Assembly (NCBI GenBank): GCA_963718625.1
Contig: OY970362.1
Span: 975,845 to 1,039,844 of the forward strand
Reading direction: 5' to 3'
Length of the DNA: 64,000 bases
Source: an uncultured Solirubrobacterales bacterium
GTDB taxonomy: Bacteria; Actinomycetota; Thermoleophilia; Solirubrobacterales; Solirubrobacteraceae
Shown here: positions 9,122 to 19,157 of the stretch, in pieces
Numbering within the stretch: the first letter of the stretch is position 1
Layout of the letters: each line of letters begins with the position of its first letter
Made by a program: the position numbers and the translations under genes
Notes under the pieces: model-generated
Told to the model about the DNA's origin: nothing
Databases searched by the model: none
What the model saw: only the letters and a program-made list of their open reading frames with translations

Positions 9122-9652
9122 TCAGACGCCGGCGCGCGCCGGCGCGACGGGTCCCGCGTCGCTGGCGCGCGCGCGGCGAGCAGGGTGCAGCGGGTGGTCG
9201 GGCGAGGCGCCGGGGCCGGGCAGCGCGCGAACGTCGCGCACCGACAGCTTTGCCCCGCACGCGACGCACGTTCTGTGCTCGTCGACCGCGCCGCCGCAAT
9301 CGCGATGCTCGAGGATCACCGGCGGGCCCGCGGGCGGAGCCGCGTGACGGTCGCCCCACTTCATCAGCGAGACGATCGTCGGCCACAGGTCCAGGCCCTT
9401 CTCGGTCAGGCGATATTCGTGGCGCGGGGGGTGCTCCTGGTAGAGGCGCTTCTCCAGCAGTCCGTGCTCGATCAGGCGCGTCAGCCGCGTCTGCAGCACG
9501 TTGCGCGCGATCCCGAGATGGGTCTGCATCTCATCGAAGCGACGCAGTCCGAGCATCACGTCGCGCACGATCAGCAGCGACCATCGCTCGCCGACCAGCT
9601 CTAGCGCCGCGGCGATGCTGCAGACCTGGTTGTCGTAGTCGTTCCTGAGCAT
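9122..9652 (-). CDS. HxlR-family winged-helix transcriptional regulator
   Basis: CSIAAALELVGERWSLLIVRDVMLGLRRFDEMQ...YRLTEKG. Divergent from an MFS gene. Confidence 0.85.
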   Translation of the reverse strand: MLRNDYDNQVCSIAAALELVGERWSLLIVRDVMLGLRRFDEMQTHLGIARNVLQTRLTRLIEHGLLEKRLYQEHPPRHEYRLTEKGLDLWPTIVSLMKWGDRHAAPPAGPPVILEHRDCGGAVDEHRTCVACGAKLSVRDVRALPGPGASPDHPLHPARRARASDAGPVAPARAGV

Positions 9653-9719
9653 CTCCTGCCAACAAGCATACGACAGTCCATTGCATCATGCAACTGACCA
9701 TGCTAGGGTCAGTTTTGTC

Positions 9720-11105
9720 ATGCAACGCAAGTGGCAGGTGACGTTGATCGTGGGCGTCGGGGTCTTCATGGCGAGCCTCGACCTGTTCATCGTGAACATC
9801 GCCTTCCCGGCGATCGCAAAGCACTTCGGCCACACGTCGCTCGGCACCCTCTCCTGGATCATCAGCGGCTACGCGATCGTCTTCGCGGCGCTGCTGGTGC
9901 CCGCCGGGCGCTGGGCCGACGCGTTTGGGCGAAAGCGCGCATTTCTGCTCGGCCTGGGCACGTTCGTCGCGGCCAGCGCCGGCTGTGCGCTCGCGCCGTC
10001 GGTCGGGGTGCTGATCGGTGCCCGCATCGTGCAGGCGATCGGCGGGGCGCTGATGCTGCCCACGTCGCTGGGGCTGCTGCTGCCGGAGTTCGAGTCCCAC
10101 GAGCGTCACGTCGCGATCGGCATCTGGGCTGCGACCGGCGGCGTCGCGGCCGCGGCCGGGCCGCCGCTGGGCGGCCTGCTCGTGCAGGCCGACTGGCGCT
10201 GGGTGTTCCTCGTCAACGTCCCGGTGGGACTGATCGGCCTGCTGGTCGGGCTGCGCACCCTCACAGAGCGGCGTGAAGCGGGTGGTGCGCGGCCGGACAT
10301 CCTCGGCGCGCTCGGGCTGATCGTCGCGATCGGCTCGCTGGTCGTCGCGATCGTCAAGGGCCAGGAATGGGGCTGGGGTTCGCCGGCGATCATCGCGCTG
10401 CTGCTCGCGAGCGCGCTGCTGCTGCCCGCGATCTGGTGGCGCAGCGAACGCCAGCCGGCGCCGATATTCGAGCCGGCGATGCTGCGGGTGCGAAGCTTCG
10501 GCCTGGCCGTCGCCGGGTCGCTGCTGTTCTTCGCCGGTTTCGGGGCGATGCTGCTCGCCGGAGTGCTGTTCCTGACAAGCGTGTGGCATGAGAGCGTTCT
10601 CACTGCGGGGCTGATGCTGTTCCCGGGTCCGGCGATGGCGACGCTGTTCAGCGTTCCCTCGGCGCGGCTGGGGGCGCGGGTGGGCTTTCGCATCCCCGGG
10701 GTCATCGGATCGCTGCTGTTCGCGGCGGGGTCGGTCTGGTATCTGACCCAGACCGGCGGCACGCCGGCGTATGCCTCGGAGTACCTCCCGGGGCTGCTGA
10801 TCGGCGGCGCCGGCGTGGGCCTCGTGATCCCCACGCTCACCGGCGCCGGCGCGTCAACGCTCCCACCCGAGCGTTTTGCGACCGGCATCGCGGTGCTGAC
10901 GATGGGCCGCCAGATCGGCGCTGCCCTCGGCGTGGCGGTGCTCGTGGCCGTGCTCGGACAGACCACGACGAGCGTCGCCACCTTCCACGGCGCGTGGCTG
11001 ATCTCGATCTGCGGCGGCCTGGCCGCCGGACTCACGCTGGCGGCGCTCGGCCGCCCGGCGCGCGTCCCGGCGCGGGCGCCTGCGCTCGCGGACGGGGCGG
11101 CGTGA
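9720..11105 (+). CDS. MFS transporter, DHA2/EmrB-like (14-TM type)
   Basis: MQRKWQVTLIVGVGVFMASLDLFIVNIAFPAI, followed by many TM segments. ATG at 9720 within ORF 9681-11105. Confidence 0.85.
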   Translation: MQRKWQVTLIVGVGVFMASLDLFIVNIAFPAIAKHFGHTSLGTLSWIISGYAIVFAALLVPAGRWADAFGRKRAFLLGLGTFVAASAGCALAPSVGVLIGARIVQAIGGALMLPTSLGLLLPEFESHERHVAIGIWAATGGVAAAAGPPLGGLLVQADWRWVFLVNVPVGLIGLLVGLRTLTERREAGGARPDILGALGLIVAIGSLVVAIVKGQEWGWGSPAIIALLLASALLLPAIWWRSERQPAPIFEPAMLRVRSFGLAVAGSLLFFAGFGAMLLAGVLFLTSVWHESVLTAGLMLFPGPAMATLFSVPSARLGARVGFRIPGVIGSLLFAAGSVWYLTQTGGTPAYASEYLPGLLIGGAGVGLVIPTLTGAGASTLPPERFATGIAVLTMGRQIGAALGVAVLVAVLGQTTTSVATFHGAWLISICGGLAAGLTLAALGRPARVPARAPALADGAA

Positions 11106-11644
11106 GCACGCTGCAGCGCACGCGCAGCTTCAGCTGGGACGACCCGGCGACGCTCGCGGCCACGGCGCGGCCGCTGTCGGGCGTGGAGTTCATCGCCGGG
11201 ATCGCCGATCGAACGTTGCCCAGCCCGCCGTTCGCGCGGATGCTCGACTTCGAGATCACAGAGGTGCAGCCTGGACGCGTGGTGTTCGCGATGAAGCCGG
11301 CGGAGTGGATGTACAACCCGATGGGCGTCGTCCACGGCGGCCTCGCCGCCGCGATCCTCGACTCGTGCATGGGCTGCGCCGTGCACACCACGCTCGACGT
11401 CGGCTTCGCCTTTACGACGGCCGATCTGCAGGTCCGCTACATACGTCCGATGACCGCGGCGACCGGCCGGGTGCTCGCCGAGGGTCGCGTCGTGCACCGC
11501 GGACGGCGCATGGCCACGGCGGAAGGGCGCCTGCTCGTCGAGTCCGGCGAGACGCTGCTCGCGCATGCGACGACAGGGTGCGTGATCCTTGCCCCGACGC
11601 CCGACGCGCGCGGGGACGTCAACGGCGTGGCGAAGATCGACTAG
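11102..11644 (+). CDS. PaaI-family hotdog-fold thioesterase
   Basis: The GTG at 11102 overlaps the MFS stop (GTGA). PMGVVHGGLAAAILDSCMGCAV motif. Confidence 0.75.
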   Translation: MSTLQRTRSFSWDDPATLAATARPLSGVEFIAGIADRTLPSPPFARMLDFEITEVQPGRVVFAMKPAEWMYNPMGVVHGGLAAAILDSCMGCAVHTTLDVGFAFTTADLQVRYIRPMTAATGRVLAEGRVVHRGRRMATAEGRLLVESGETLLAHATTGCVILAPTPDARGDVNGVAKID

Positions 11645-11657
11645 CTAACGGGCCTGG

Positions 11658-12257
11658 TCAGCTGGCGACGGTCGCCTCGCCGCCGCCGACCGGCGGACGC
11701 ACGGTGCCGGCGGGGTCAAGTGCGACGAGCGCCCCGTTGGGCACGCGCTCGGCGTGCGGCTCCCAGTGCCCCGCACGGCTGGACAGGGCGGCGCGGATGA
11801 CCATCCCGTGGCAGACGACGAGCGCGGGCAGCGGGCCCGCTTCCACGTCGCCCAGCGCGGCCGCCACGCGCGTCTCCTGTTCGGCGAATGACTCTCCTCC
11901 CGGGAACGCGAAGCTCGCGTCCCCGGCGAGAAACTTGGCAAGCAGCTCGGGCGATTTGGCTTGCACTTCGCTGAACAGCAGGTTGGTCCAGTCGCCCGCG
12001 TCTGTCTCCATGAAGCGCGCGTCCTCGCGGGGCTCCAGGCCGATGCGCGCTGCGACCACGTCGGCCGTTTCGCGGGCGCGTCGCAGGGGACTGCACCACA
12101 GCGCCGCGAAGCCGTAATCGGCTGCCCGCTCGGCCAGTTCGCGTGCCTGCCCGCGGCCGGTGTCGTCGAGCGGCACTGGCTGCTGGCCCTGGAAGCGCCG
12201 CTCGCGGTTGTAGGCGGTCTGACCGTGGCGGGCCAGGTAGACGTTGACGTCGATCAT
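11658..12257 (-). CDS. histidine phosphatase family protein (phosphoglycerate mutase-like)
   Basis: VYLARHGQTAYN (RHG motif) and CSPLRRARETA. Start taken at the internal ATG (MIDVNVYLARHG). Confidence 0.8.
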   Translation of the reverse strand: MIDVNVYLARHGQTAYNRERRFQGQQPVPLDDTGRGQARELAERAADYGFAALWCSPLRRARETADVVAARIGLEPREDARFMETDAGDWTNLLFSEVQAKSPELLAKFLAGDASFAFPGGESFAEQETRVAAALGDVEAGPLPALVVCHGMVIRAALSSRAGHWEPHAERVPNGALVALDPAGTVRPPVGGGEATVAS

Positions 12258-12312
12258 CGGGCCACCGCGAGGATAGTCCAGGCGCTTCGCGGTGGGGCGT
12301 GCCCGAGCAGCC

Positions 12313-13053
12313 CTACCCGGGCTCGCTGGCGCGCGGCTCGCGCACCCCACTGTCGGGCGACGTGAGGGCCTGCATTTTCGGACGCAGGTAGAGGAACTCG
12401 TAGAGCAGGGCCGCGACGATCGCGCCGAGCGCCGGACCCGCGTACCAGACCCAGCCGTTTGACCAGTAGTCGCCGACGAGCTGCGGTCCGAAGGCGCGCG
12501 CGGGGTTCATCGCCGCGCCGGTGAACGGACCGCCGAACAGCACGTCGATCGAGATCGTCAGACCGATGGCCAGGCCGGCGATCGATTTGAAGGTGCCTTC
12601 CTCGTCCACGGCGCTTGCGAACACGACCCACGCCAGGAAGAAGGTCATGATCGCCTCCAGCGCGAACGCCGAGCTCGCGTCCACGCCGTTGCCGATCGCC
12701 GGGACGCCTAGGTGGACCGCTTCGGTCGCCGCGCGCGGAATCAGGTCGTGCACGAGCAACGCAGCCACCGCCGCGCCGCCGAACTGGGCGATCCAGTAGA
12801 TCACCGCGAGGCGCGGCTTGATCCGTCGCGTGACGAGGAAGCCGAACGTGATCGCGGGGTTGAAGTGGCCTCCGGAGATGTGGCCCATTGCCGAGACCAT
12901 CACGCCGATCGCCAGCCCGTTGGCGATCGCCACGCCGATCAGCGACGGGTCGTGGACCGAGTTGGCCGCGACCGCGGCGCCGGCCCCGATGAAGATCAAT
13001 GTGAAGGCGCCGATGAACTCGGCAACCGCGCGCCGCAGGGCATCCTCGGACAC
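12313..13053 (-). CDS. aquaporin / MIP-family channel
   Basis: Two NPA boxes (HFNPAITFG and AMNPARAFG) and six hydrophobic segments. Confidence 0.9.
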   Translation of the reverse strand: MSEDALRRAVAEFIGAFTLIFIGAGAAVAANSVHDPSLIGVAIANGLAIGVMVSAMGHISGGHFNPAITFGFLVTRRIKPRLAVIYWIAQFGGAAVAALLVHDLIPRAATEAVHLGVPAIGNGVDASSAFALEAIMTFFLAWVVFASAVDEEGTFKSIAGLAIGLTISIDVLFGGPFTGAAMNPARAFGPQLVGDYWSNGWVWYAGPALGAIVAALLYEFLYLRPKMQALTSPDSGVREPRASEPG

Positions 13054-13106
13054 GCCGACAACGTACGTCTGAGCGCGGACGGACCGGCCGCGGGCTTGGG
13101 ACTGCG

Positions 13107-15341
13107 GTGCCTACACTCCGGGAGATGCGTCGCCGGGTCACCTTCTCTCGCAACCTGACGCTGTCGCTGTCGCGGACCTGTCGCTGCTACTGCAAGTACT
13201 GCGCGTTCGCCACGCACAGGGCCCACCTCCACGCGCCCGACGAGGTGCTCGCGATGCTCGACGGGGCCGCCAGGCGCCAGGTCAAGGAGCTGCTGGTGCT
13301 CACCGGCGAGCGCCCCGAGGTCAATCCGCGGGTAGCGGCGCTGCTCGGCGAGTACGGGCACGCGGACTTCACCGGCTATGTCGCCTGGACGTGCGAGCGA
13401 GCGCTCGAGCGCGGCCTGCTGCCGCACACCAACCTGGGCGTGCTCTCGCGCGCGGACCTGGCGCGCCTGCGCGAGGTGAGCGCCTCGCAGGGGCTGATGC
13501 TCGAGTCCTCCTCGGAGCGTCTGATGGAGACGGTGCACGCCGGGTCGCCGACCAAGCATCCAGCGCGGCGGGCCGAGACGATCCGCGCGGCGGGAGAGCT
13601 GAAGATCCCCTTCACGAGCGGCATCCTCGTCGGCATCGGCGAGAGCGAGCAGGAGCGCGTCGAATCGCTGCAGGCGCTCGCGGCGCTGCACGCCGAGCAC
13701 GGCCATATCCAGGAGGTCATCCTGCAGAACTTCGTTCCTCACCAGAGCTACTACGGTCAGGAGCCCGCCGAGATAGCCGACGCAGCCGCGCAGGCATACT
13801 GGCGCACCGGCGTGGTCGATCGACCGCAGCGGGCGCTGCCCGAGTGGGCTTCCCCGGTGAGCATCGAGGACATGAAGCGGCTGATCGCAGAGGCCAGGCG
13901 GCTGATGCCCGATGTGGGCATACAGGTCCCGCCGAACCTCGCCGACTGGTGGGGCGAGCTCGTCGCGGCGGGTGCCACCGACCTCGGCGGCCTGAGCGCT
14001 AACGGCGACCACATCTCGCCCGAGCACCCGTTCCCGTCGCCGCATCAGGTGAGACGGGGGCTCCAGCGCGAAGGCTTCGCGCTGACCGAGCGGCTGTGCG
14101 TGTATCCGCGCTACATCGCTGCCGAGTGGCTGGCGCCCGCCGTGATGGACACGATCAAGACGAGGTACTGGAGCTTCATTCCGCGCCGCGGCTCCGGGCG
14201 CACCGACCCGCCTGCCCCGATCCGCCCGACGCTCGTCCCGCGCGCGCTCGAGCGCGCGTTGGAGGGGCGCGCGCTGAGCGCCGATGAGCTGACGGCGCTG
14301 TTCGCCGAGACGCGACCGGCGGCGATCGACGAGCTCAGGGCGGCCGCCGACGAGCTGCGCGCGCAGCTGGCCGGCGAGACTGTCACGTTCGTCGTCAACC
14401 GCAACGTCAACGTCTCAAACGTGTGCGTCGTGGGCTGCGCGTTCTGCGGCTTTGGACAGGGCAAGCGCTCGCCGGACGCCTATGAACACGACCGCGACGA
14501 GTTTCTGCGTCGCGTGCATGAGGCCGCTCAATTCGGCGCCAGCGAGCTGTGCATCCAGTCCGGCATCCATCCCGACTGGACGCTCGAGGACTACCTCGGC
14601 TGGCTCGCGCTGGCCAAGCAGGCCGCCCCGCAGCTGCACCTCCATGCCTACAGCCCGATGGAGATCGCCCACATCTGCGACATCTCCGGCCTGCCGCCGG
14701 GCGAGGTCTTCGCCCGCCTGCGCGACGCCGGCCTCGGCTCGACGCCCGGCACCGCCGCCGAGGTGCTGCACGACGGAGTGCGTGAGCGCATCTCGCCCAA
14801 CAAGCTCCCCGTGGCACGCTGGGTGGAGATCATCGAGGCGTCGCACCGCGCGGGGCTGCGCTCCACCGCGACGGTGATGTTTGGACACATCGAGGAGCCC
14901 TGGGAGCTCGCGGAGCACATGCGCGTGGTCCGCGAGCTGCAGGAACGGACGGGCGGTATCACCGAGTTCGTGCCGCTGTCGTTCATCCCGTTTCAGACGC
15001 TGCTGGGGCGCACGCACGGGGTGGCCGAGATCAGCCGCGAGGAGAACCTCAAGCACACCGCCGTGTTTCGCCTCGCGCTCGGCAGGACCGTCGCCAGCCT
15101 GCAGGCCTCCTGGGTGAAGATGGGGATCGATGCCGCCGGCGAGGCGCTGCGCTGGGGGGTCAACGATCTCGGCGGAACGCTGATGGAGGAGTCGATCAGC
15201 CGTCTCGCGGGCTCCTACCACGGGACCAGGCTCGAGCCCGAGCAGCTGGTCGCCGCCGCCCACGCCGCCGGGCGCCCGGCCGCGGAGCGCACGACGCTGT
15301 ACGAGATCAGGCGCCGCTACGAGCTGCCCGCGGCGGCCTGA
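13107..15341 (+). CDS. fbiC: FO synthase (7,8-didemethyl-8-hydroxy-5-deazariboflavin synthase), fused CofG/CofH
   Basis: 744 aa with two radical-SAM cysteine clusters (SRTCRCYCKYCAF and NVCVVGCAFCGF). Lies next to other F420 genes. Confidence 0.9.
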   Translation: MPTLREMRRRVTFSRNLTLSLSRTCRCYCKYCAFATHRAHLHAPDEVLAMLDGAARRQVKELLVLTGERPEVNPRVAALLGEYGHADFTGYVAWTCERALERGLLPHTNLGVLSRADLARLREVSASQGLMLESSSERLMETVHAGSPTKHPARRAETIRAAGELKIPFTSGILVGIGESEQERVESLQALAALHAEHGHIQEVILQNFVPHQSYYGQEPAEIADAAAQAYWRTGVVDRPQRALPEWASPVSIEDMKRLIAEARRLMPDVGIQVPPNLADWWGELVAAGATDLGGLSANGDHISPEHPFPSPHQVRRGLQREGFALTERLCVYPRYIAAEWLAPAVMDTIKTRYWSFIPRRGSGRTDPPAPIRPTLVPRALERALEGRALSADELTALFAETRPAAIDELRAAADELRAQLAGETVTFVVNRNVNVSNVCVVGCAFCGFGQGKRSPDAYEHDRDEFLRRVHEAAQFGASELCIQSGIHPDWTLEDYLGWLALAKQAAPQLHLHAYSPMEIAHICDISGLPPGEVFARLRDAGLGSTPGTAAEVLHDGVRERISPNKLPVARWVEIIEASHRAGLRSTATVMFGHIEEPWELAEHMRVVRELQERTGGITEFVPLSFIPFQTLLGRTHGVAEISREENLKHTAVFRLALGRTVASLQASWVKMGIDAAGEALRWGVNDLGGTLMEESISRLAGSYHGTRLEPEQLVAAAHAAGRPAAERTTLYEIRRRYELPAAA

Positions 15342-15437
15342 CGCCGGCGACGCCGCGCGGACCCGCGCGTGCCATGCGCGCCTGCGCGGGCGGATGTATG
15401 GTGTCTGGAGCAAACGCAGTCCCAGAAGGGGGGACCG

Positions 15438-16739
15438 ATGAGTGACTACGACGTTGTGGTGGTCGGCGCGAGCATCGCGGGATGCACCACCGCGACCTTT
15501 CTCGGTCGGGCGGGCGCCCGCGTTGCGCTGGTCGAGAGCCACAGCGACCCGCGCACGTTCAAGCGCATGTGCACGCACTTCATCCAGCCGAGCGCCTCGC
15601 CGACGATCGAGCGCCTGGGCCTGAACGCGTCATTCGATAAGGCTGGCGCGACCCACAACGACCTCAACATCTGGACACGCTACGGATGGATCTGCTCGGC
15701 CACCGCGGACGCGCCGGCGCCTATGCGCGACTACCCCGCGTGGAACATCCGCCGCCAGACGTTCGACCCGATGCTGCGCGAGCTGGCCGCCGAAACCGAC
15801 GGTGTCGAGCTGCTGCTCGGCCACACCGTGACCGAGCTGCTGCGCGACGGGGCGGGCGCCGATCGGGGCCGGCGGGTTAGCGGCGTGGTCGCGCGCGAGC
15901 GCGACGGCGCTGAGCGCGAGCTGCACGGCAAGCTCGTGGTCGCCGCCGACGGGCGCGAGTCGACGGTCGCCAAGCTGGCTGACGAGCCCGCCAAGCAGAA
16001 GCCGCACAACCGCTTCGGCTACTTCGCCCACTACCGCGACACCCCGCTGCTGACGGGAGACAGCTCGCAGATGTGGCTGCTGGATCCGGACGTCGCCTAC
16101 GCGTTTCCCACCGACGGAGGTCTCACGCTGCTGGCGTGCATGCCTCACAAGGATCGGCTGCCCGAGTTCCGCGGCGATCCCGAGCAGGCGATGGTCCAGC
16201 TCTTCGAGAGCCTGCCCGATGGTCCGCGGCTGGACCCCGAAAAGCGCGAGTCGAAGGTCATGGGCAAGCTCGAGATGCCGAACCTGACCCGCGGCAAGAC
16301 ACGCCCGGGCCTTGCGTTCATCGGGGATGCCGCGCTCGCGGCCGATCCCCTGTGGGGCGTGGGCTGTGGCTGGGCGCTTCAGTCGGGCGAGTGGCTGGCC
16401 GAGGCGCTCGCGGGCGCGCTCGGTAGCGAGGGCGACGTCGATCGGGGGCTGGAGGTCTATTCGCGCAAGCACCACAAAGCGCTTGCGGCGCACGAGAAGC
16501 TCTGCTCGGCCTATTCGACCGGGCGCAGGTTCAACCCGTTCGAGAGGCTGCTCTATCGCGCTGCCGCGCGCGATCGCGAGCTCGCGGGCCGGATGGCGCT
16601 GATGGGCGGGCGCTGGATCACCCCCCAGGAAATGCTCACCCCCGCGACGCTGGGGCGCATGCTGCGGGTCAACATGAGCCGCTCCAAACGCCCGCTCGGC
16701 TTGCGCGGCGTACAGACAGCGGCGCCGGCGGCGACCTGA
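15438..16739 (+). CDS. FAD-dependent oxidoreductase (geranylgeranyl reductase / aromatic-ring hydroxylase-like)
   Basis: YDVVVVGASIAGCTTATFLGRAGARVALVE dinucleotide-binding motif. The ATG at 15438 is preceded by a GGGGGG RBS. Confidence 0.8.
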   Translation: MSDYDVVVVGASIAGCTTATFLGRAGARVALVESHSDPRTFKRMCTHFIQPSASPTIERLGLNASFDKAGATHNDLNIWTRYGWICSATADAPAPMRDYPAWNIRRQTFDPMLRELAAETDGVELLLGHTVTELLRDGAGADRGRRVSGVVARERDGAERELHGKLVVAADGRESTVAKLADEPAKQKPHNRFGYFAHYRDTPLLTGDSSQMWLLDPDVAYAFPTDGGLTLLACMPHKDRLPEFRGDPEQAMVQLFESLPDGPRLDPEKRESKVMGKLEMPNLTRGKTRPGLAFIGDAALAADPLWGVGCGWALQSGEWLAEALAGALGSEGDVDRGLEVYSRKHHKALAAHEKLCSAYSTGRRFNPFERLLYRAAARDRELAGRMALMGGRWITPQEMLTPATLGRMLRVNMSRSKRPLGLRGVQTAAPAAT

Positions 16740-16740
16740 G

Positions 16741-17592
16741 ATGGCGCGCGCGGGCAGGGTCAGCGTCGGCGGGATCCGCTCGCCGGTCATCGAAACCGGC
16801 CCGCAGGAGGCGCGGGAGGCGGTGGTCTTCGTGCATGGCAACCCCGGCTCGCGCCGCGATTGGGACGGTCTGCTGGAGGCCGCCGGCGCGCTCGGCCGGG
16901 CAGTCGCGTTTGACATGCCGGGCTTCGGACAGGCAGACAAGCCACGCGACTTCGACTACCAGGTGTCCGCCTACGCGGACTTCATCCAGGGAGCGCTCGT
17001 TGAGCTGGGGATCGAGCGCGTGCACCTCGTGGTGCACGACTTCGGCGGCCCTTTCGGTCTGCTCTGGGGCATCCAGCACCCTGACGCCTGGGCGAGTGTC
17101 GTGCTGATCGACGTCGGCATGCTGCCCGGCTACACCTGGCACAAGATGGCCAAACGCTGGCGCACGCCCGTGCTCGGAGAGCTCACGCAGGCCTGGATCC
17201 CCCGCTCCGCATGGCGACGCGCGATGCAGAGCTCAAACCCCAAAGGGCTGCCCGAGGATTTCGTCGATCAGATGTACGACAACTACGACCGCGCGACGCG
17301 CCGCACCGTGCTCAAGCTCTATCGCGCGACGCCCGAGCCGGGGGAGACCGGCGTGCAGTTGGGTGCATTGCTGGCGCCGCTGAAAAAGCCGGCCCTGGTG
17401 GTCTGGGGGGCCAAGGATCCATACGTCGGCGTGCAGTACGCCGAGCGCCAGCGCGAGTTCTTTGACGTGCAGGACGTTGTGCTGCTGGCCGACAGCGGGC
17501 ACTGGCCCTTCGCGGACGACCCCGAGGGGGTCGAGCGGGCCGTCGTGCCGTTTCTCTCCAGGCAGCTGAGCGGCGCCGCGCAGCTGGGCTAG
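16741..17592 (+). CDS. alpha/beta hydrolase (haloalkane dehalogenase / epoxide hydrolase-like)
   Basis: VVFVHGNPGSRRDW and VHLVVHDFGGPFGL (nucleophile elbow region), plus a C-terminal GHWPF. Confidence 0.8.
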   Translation: MARAGRVSVGGIRSPVIETGPQEAREAVVFVHGNPGSRRDWDGLLEAAGALGRAVAFDMPGFGQADKPRDFDYQVSAYADFIQGALVELGIERVHLVVHDFGGPFGLLWGIQHPDAWASVVLIDVGMLPGYTWHKMAKRWRTPVLGELTQAWIPRSAWRRAMQSSNPKGLPEDFVDQMYDNYDRATRRTVLKLYRATPEPGETGVQLGALLAPLKKPALVVWGAKDPYVGVQYAERQREFFDVQDVVLLADSGHWPFADDPEGVERAVVPFLSRQLSGAAQLG

Positions 17593-17595
17593 CAG

Positions 17596-18396
17596 CTAGC
17601 GAAACAGGTCCTCCGCGGGCGCACGGACCAGCGCCGCGGCGCCCGGACCGTCGTGCGTGCTCACCAGGCGCTCGAGGCCCGCGATCACCACGACCGGCTC
17701 ACGCGAGTCCTTGGCGCGCGTCAGCTCCGCGCTGGCAGCCGCGGCGTCGGCCATCGCAAGCCAGGTCGCACGCAGCTCGCGCCCGGCCGCGTCGACACGC
17801 CCGCGCCAGTCCTCCAGCGGCGCCATGCCCGCGCAGCCGATCGCCACGTCGCACTGGCCGTGGCGCCACGCGCGGCCAAAGCTGTCGGCGATCAGCACCG
17901 CAACCGTGCGACCGGTGAGCTCGTGCAGGCGCGCGCGGATCCGCCTCGCCGAGGCGTCGGGATCGCGCGGCAGCAGGACCAACGTGTCGGGGCCGGGCGC
18001 GTTTGACGCGTCGACCCCCGCATTGGCGCAGACGAATCCGTGGCGCGTGCGGCAGATCAGCACGCCGCGCTCGGCACGCAGCAGCTCCAGCGACTCGTCG
18101 AGGACGACCTGGACGACGCGTGGGTCGTGCCCTCGCGCGTCGCCGTGCTGCGCACCGAGCGCGGCGAGCTCGCGTGCGCGCGGCCCCGCTTCGATGTCGG
18201 CCAGCGCCACGATCGCGCCCTCGGCCTTGGACACGACCTTGTGCGCGATCACGACGACCTGTCCATCGGCCAGCAGGCTCGGCAGGGCGTCAGGCGAGCG
18301 CTCGCGTTCGATCGCCGCGACGATCAGTGCGCCGAGGTCGTCGCCGCGCCCGATCTCGGGCAGGCCGGCGAGGGCGTGCGCGTACAAGTTCGTCAA
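17596..18396 (-). CDS. cofE: coenzyme F420-0:L-glutamate ligase
   Basis: LPEIGRGDDLGALI...VVVIAHKVVSKAEG. The long N-terminal extension in the ORF track (to 18627) overlaps cofC and looks like junk. A TTG at 18396 lies 13 nt after the cofC stop. Confidence 0.75.
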   Translation of the reverse strand: MTNLYAHALAGLPEIGRGDDLGALIVAAIERERSPDALPSLLADGQVVVIAHKVVSKAEGAIVALADIEAGPRARELAALGAQHGDARGHDPRVVQVVLDESLELLRAERGVLICRTRHGFVCANAGVDASNAPGPDTLVLLPRDPDASARRIRARLHELTGRTVAVLIADSFGRAWRHGQCDVAIGCAGMAPLEDWRGRVDAAGRELRATWLAMADAAAASAELTRAKDSREPVVVIAGLERLVSTHDGPGAAALVRAPAEDLFR

Positions 18397-18409
18397 CGAG
18401 CTTGGCGGG

Positions 18410-19114
18410 TCAGACCGCCACGACGGACGTCGCACGCGGGCGCGGGGCGCCGAGCGCCGCACGCGTGTGCGCCGCGCGTGGAGCCGAGCTCGCCAGCCGC
18501 GCGCGAAGCACGCGCAGGTCCTCCCCGGTGTCGATGTCCAGCAGCAGCGATGGCGGGTGTCGCAGCAGGCAGCCAACGCCCGCCGCCGCGGCGAGCGCGC
18601 GATGGCGAGCGCAGCTGTCCGGGCCAAAGCTTGGCGAGATCGCGTCCGGAGGAGTGAGCATCAGCCCGTTCGTCCCGGTCCCGTGGCGGTCTGGCACGAT
18701 CACCGCGAGCGGGGCGGACGCTGACGGCGCATCGACGCCCGGCGCGCCGCCGGCGCCGAGCAGCTCGTGCAGCTCGCGCGGGTCAAGCGTCGGGCAGTCG
18801 CCGGGCACGCAGAGCACCCGCTCATACCCCTGCGCCAGCGCGTGTGCGATGCCCAGGCGGACCGCGGCGCTCTGACCATCCTCGACGGTGTCGGGCACGA
18901 CGAGCACCCGCTCTCTGCCGGCGCCGCCGACCACCGATCGCTCGTTGGTCACGACGATCGTGCGCTCGATCGCGTCGCACTCGTCCAGCGCGCTCAGCAC
19001 GTCGCCCACCATCGCTCGCACGACCTGCGCGCGCAGCTCGCCGGCGATGCTCGGACGCAGACGCTGCTTTGCCAGGCCGAGGCGCTTGATCGGCAGGATC
19101 GCGGCGGTGCGCAT
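18410..19114 (-). CDS. cofC: 2-phospho-L-lactate (or PEP) guanylyltransferase
   Basis: MRTAAILPIKRLGLAKQRL... with N-terminal nucleotidyltransferase motif. Positioned between cofD and cofE. Confidence 0.8.
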   Translation of the reverse strand: MRTAAILPIKRLGLAKQRLRPSIAGELRAQVVRAMVGDVLSALDECDAIERTIVVTNERSVVGGAGRERVLVVPDTVEDGQSAAVRLGIAHALAQGYERVLCVPGDCPTLDPRELHELLGAGGAPGVDAPSASAPLAVIVPDRHGTGTNGLMLTPPDAISPSFGPDSCARHRALAAAAGVGCLLRHPPSLLLDIDTGEDLRVLRARLASSAPRAAHTRAALGAPRPRATSVVAV

Positions 19115-19157
19115 GAACGCAGACGATAGTGCCCCTCGGCGGCGGTAGCTGCGCGTT

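Noticed and set aside
18397-18627. N-terminal extension of the cofE ORF, and similar upstream extensions at 20352-20888, 26192-26380, 29969-30187 and 10994-11101.
   Set aside because: The extensions overlap the preceding gene and are Arg-rich junk. Conserved domains begin at the internal starts that I chose.
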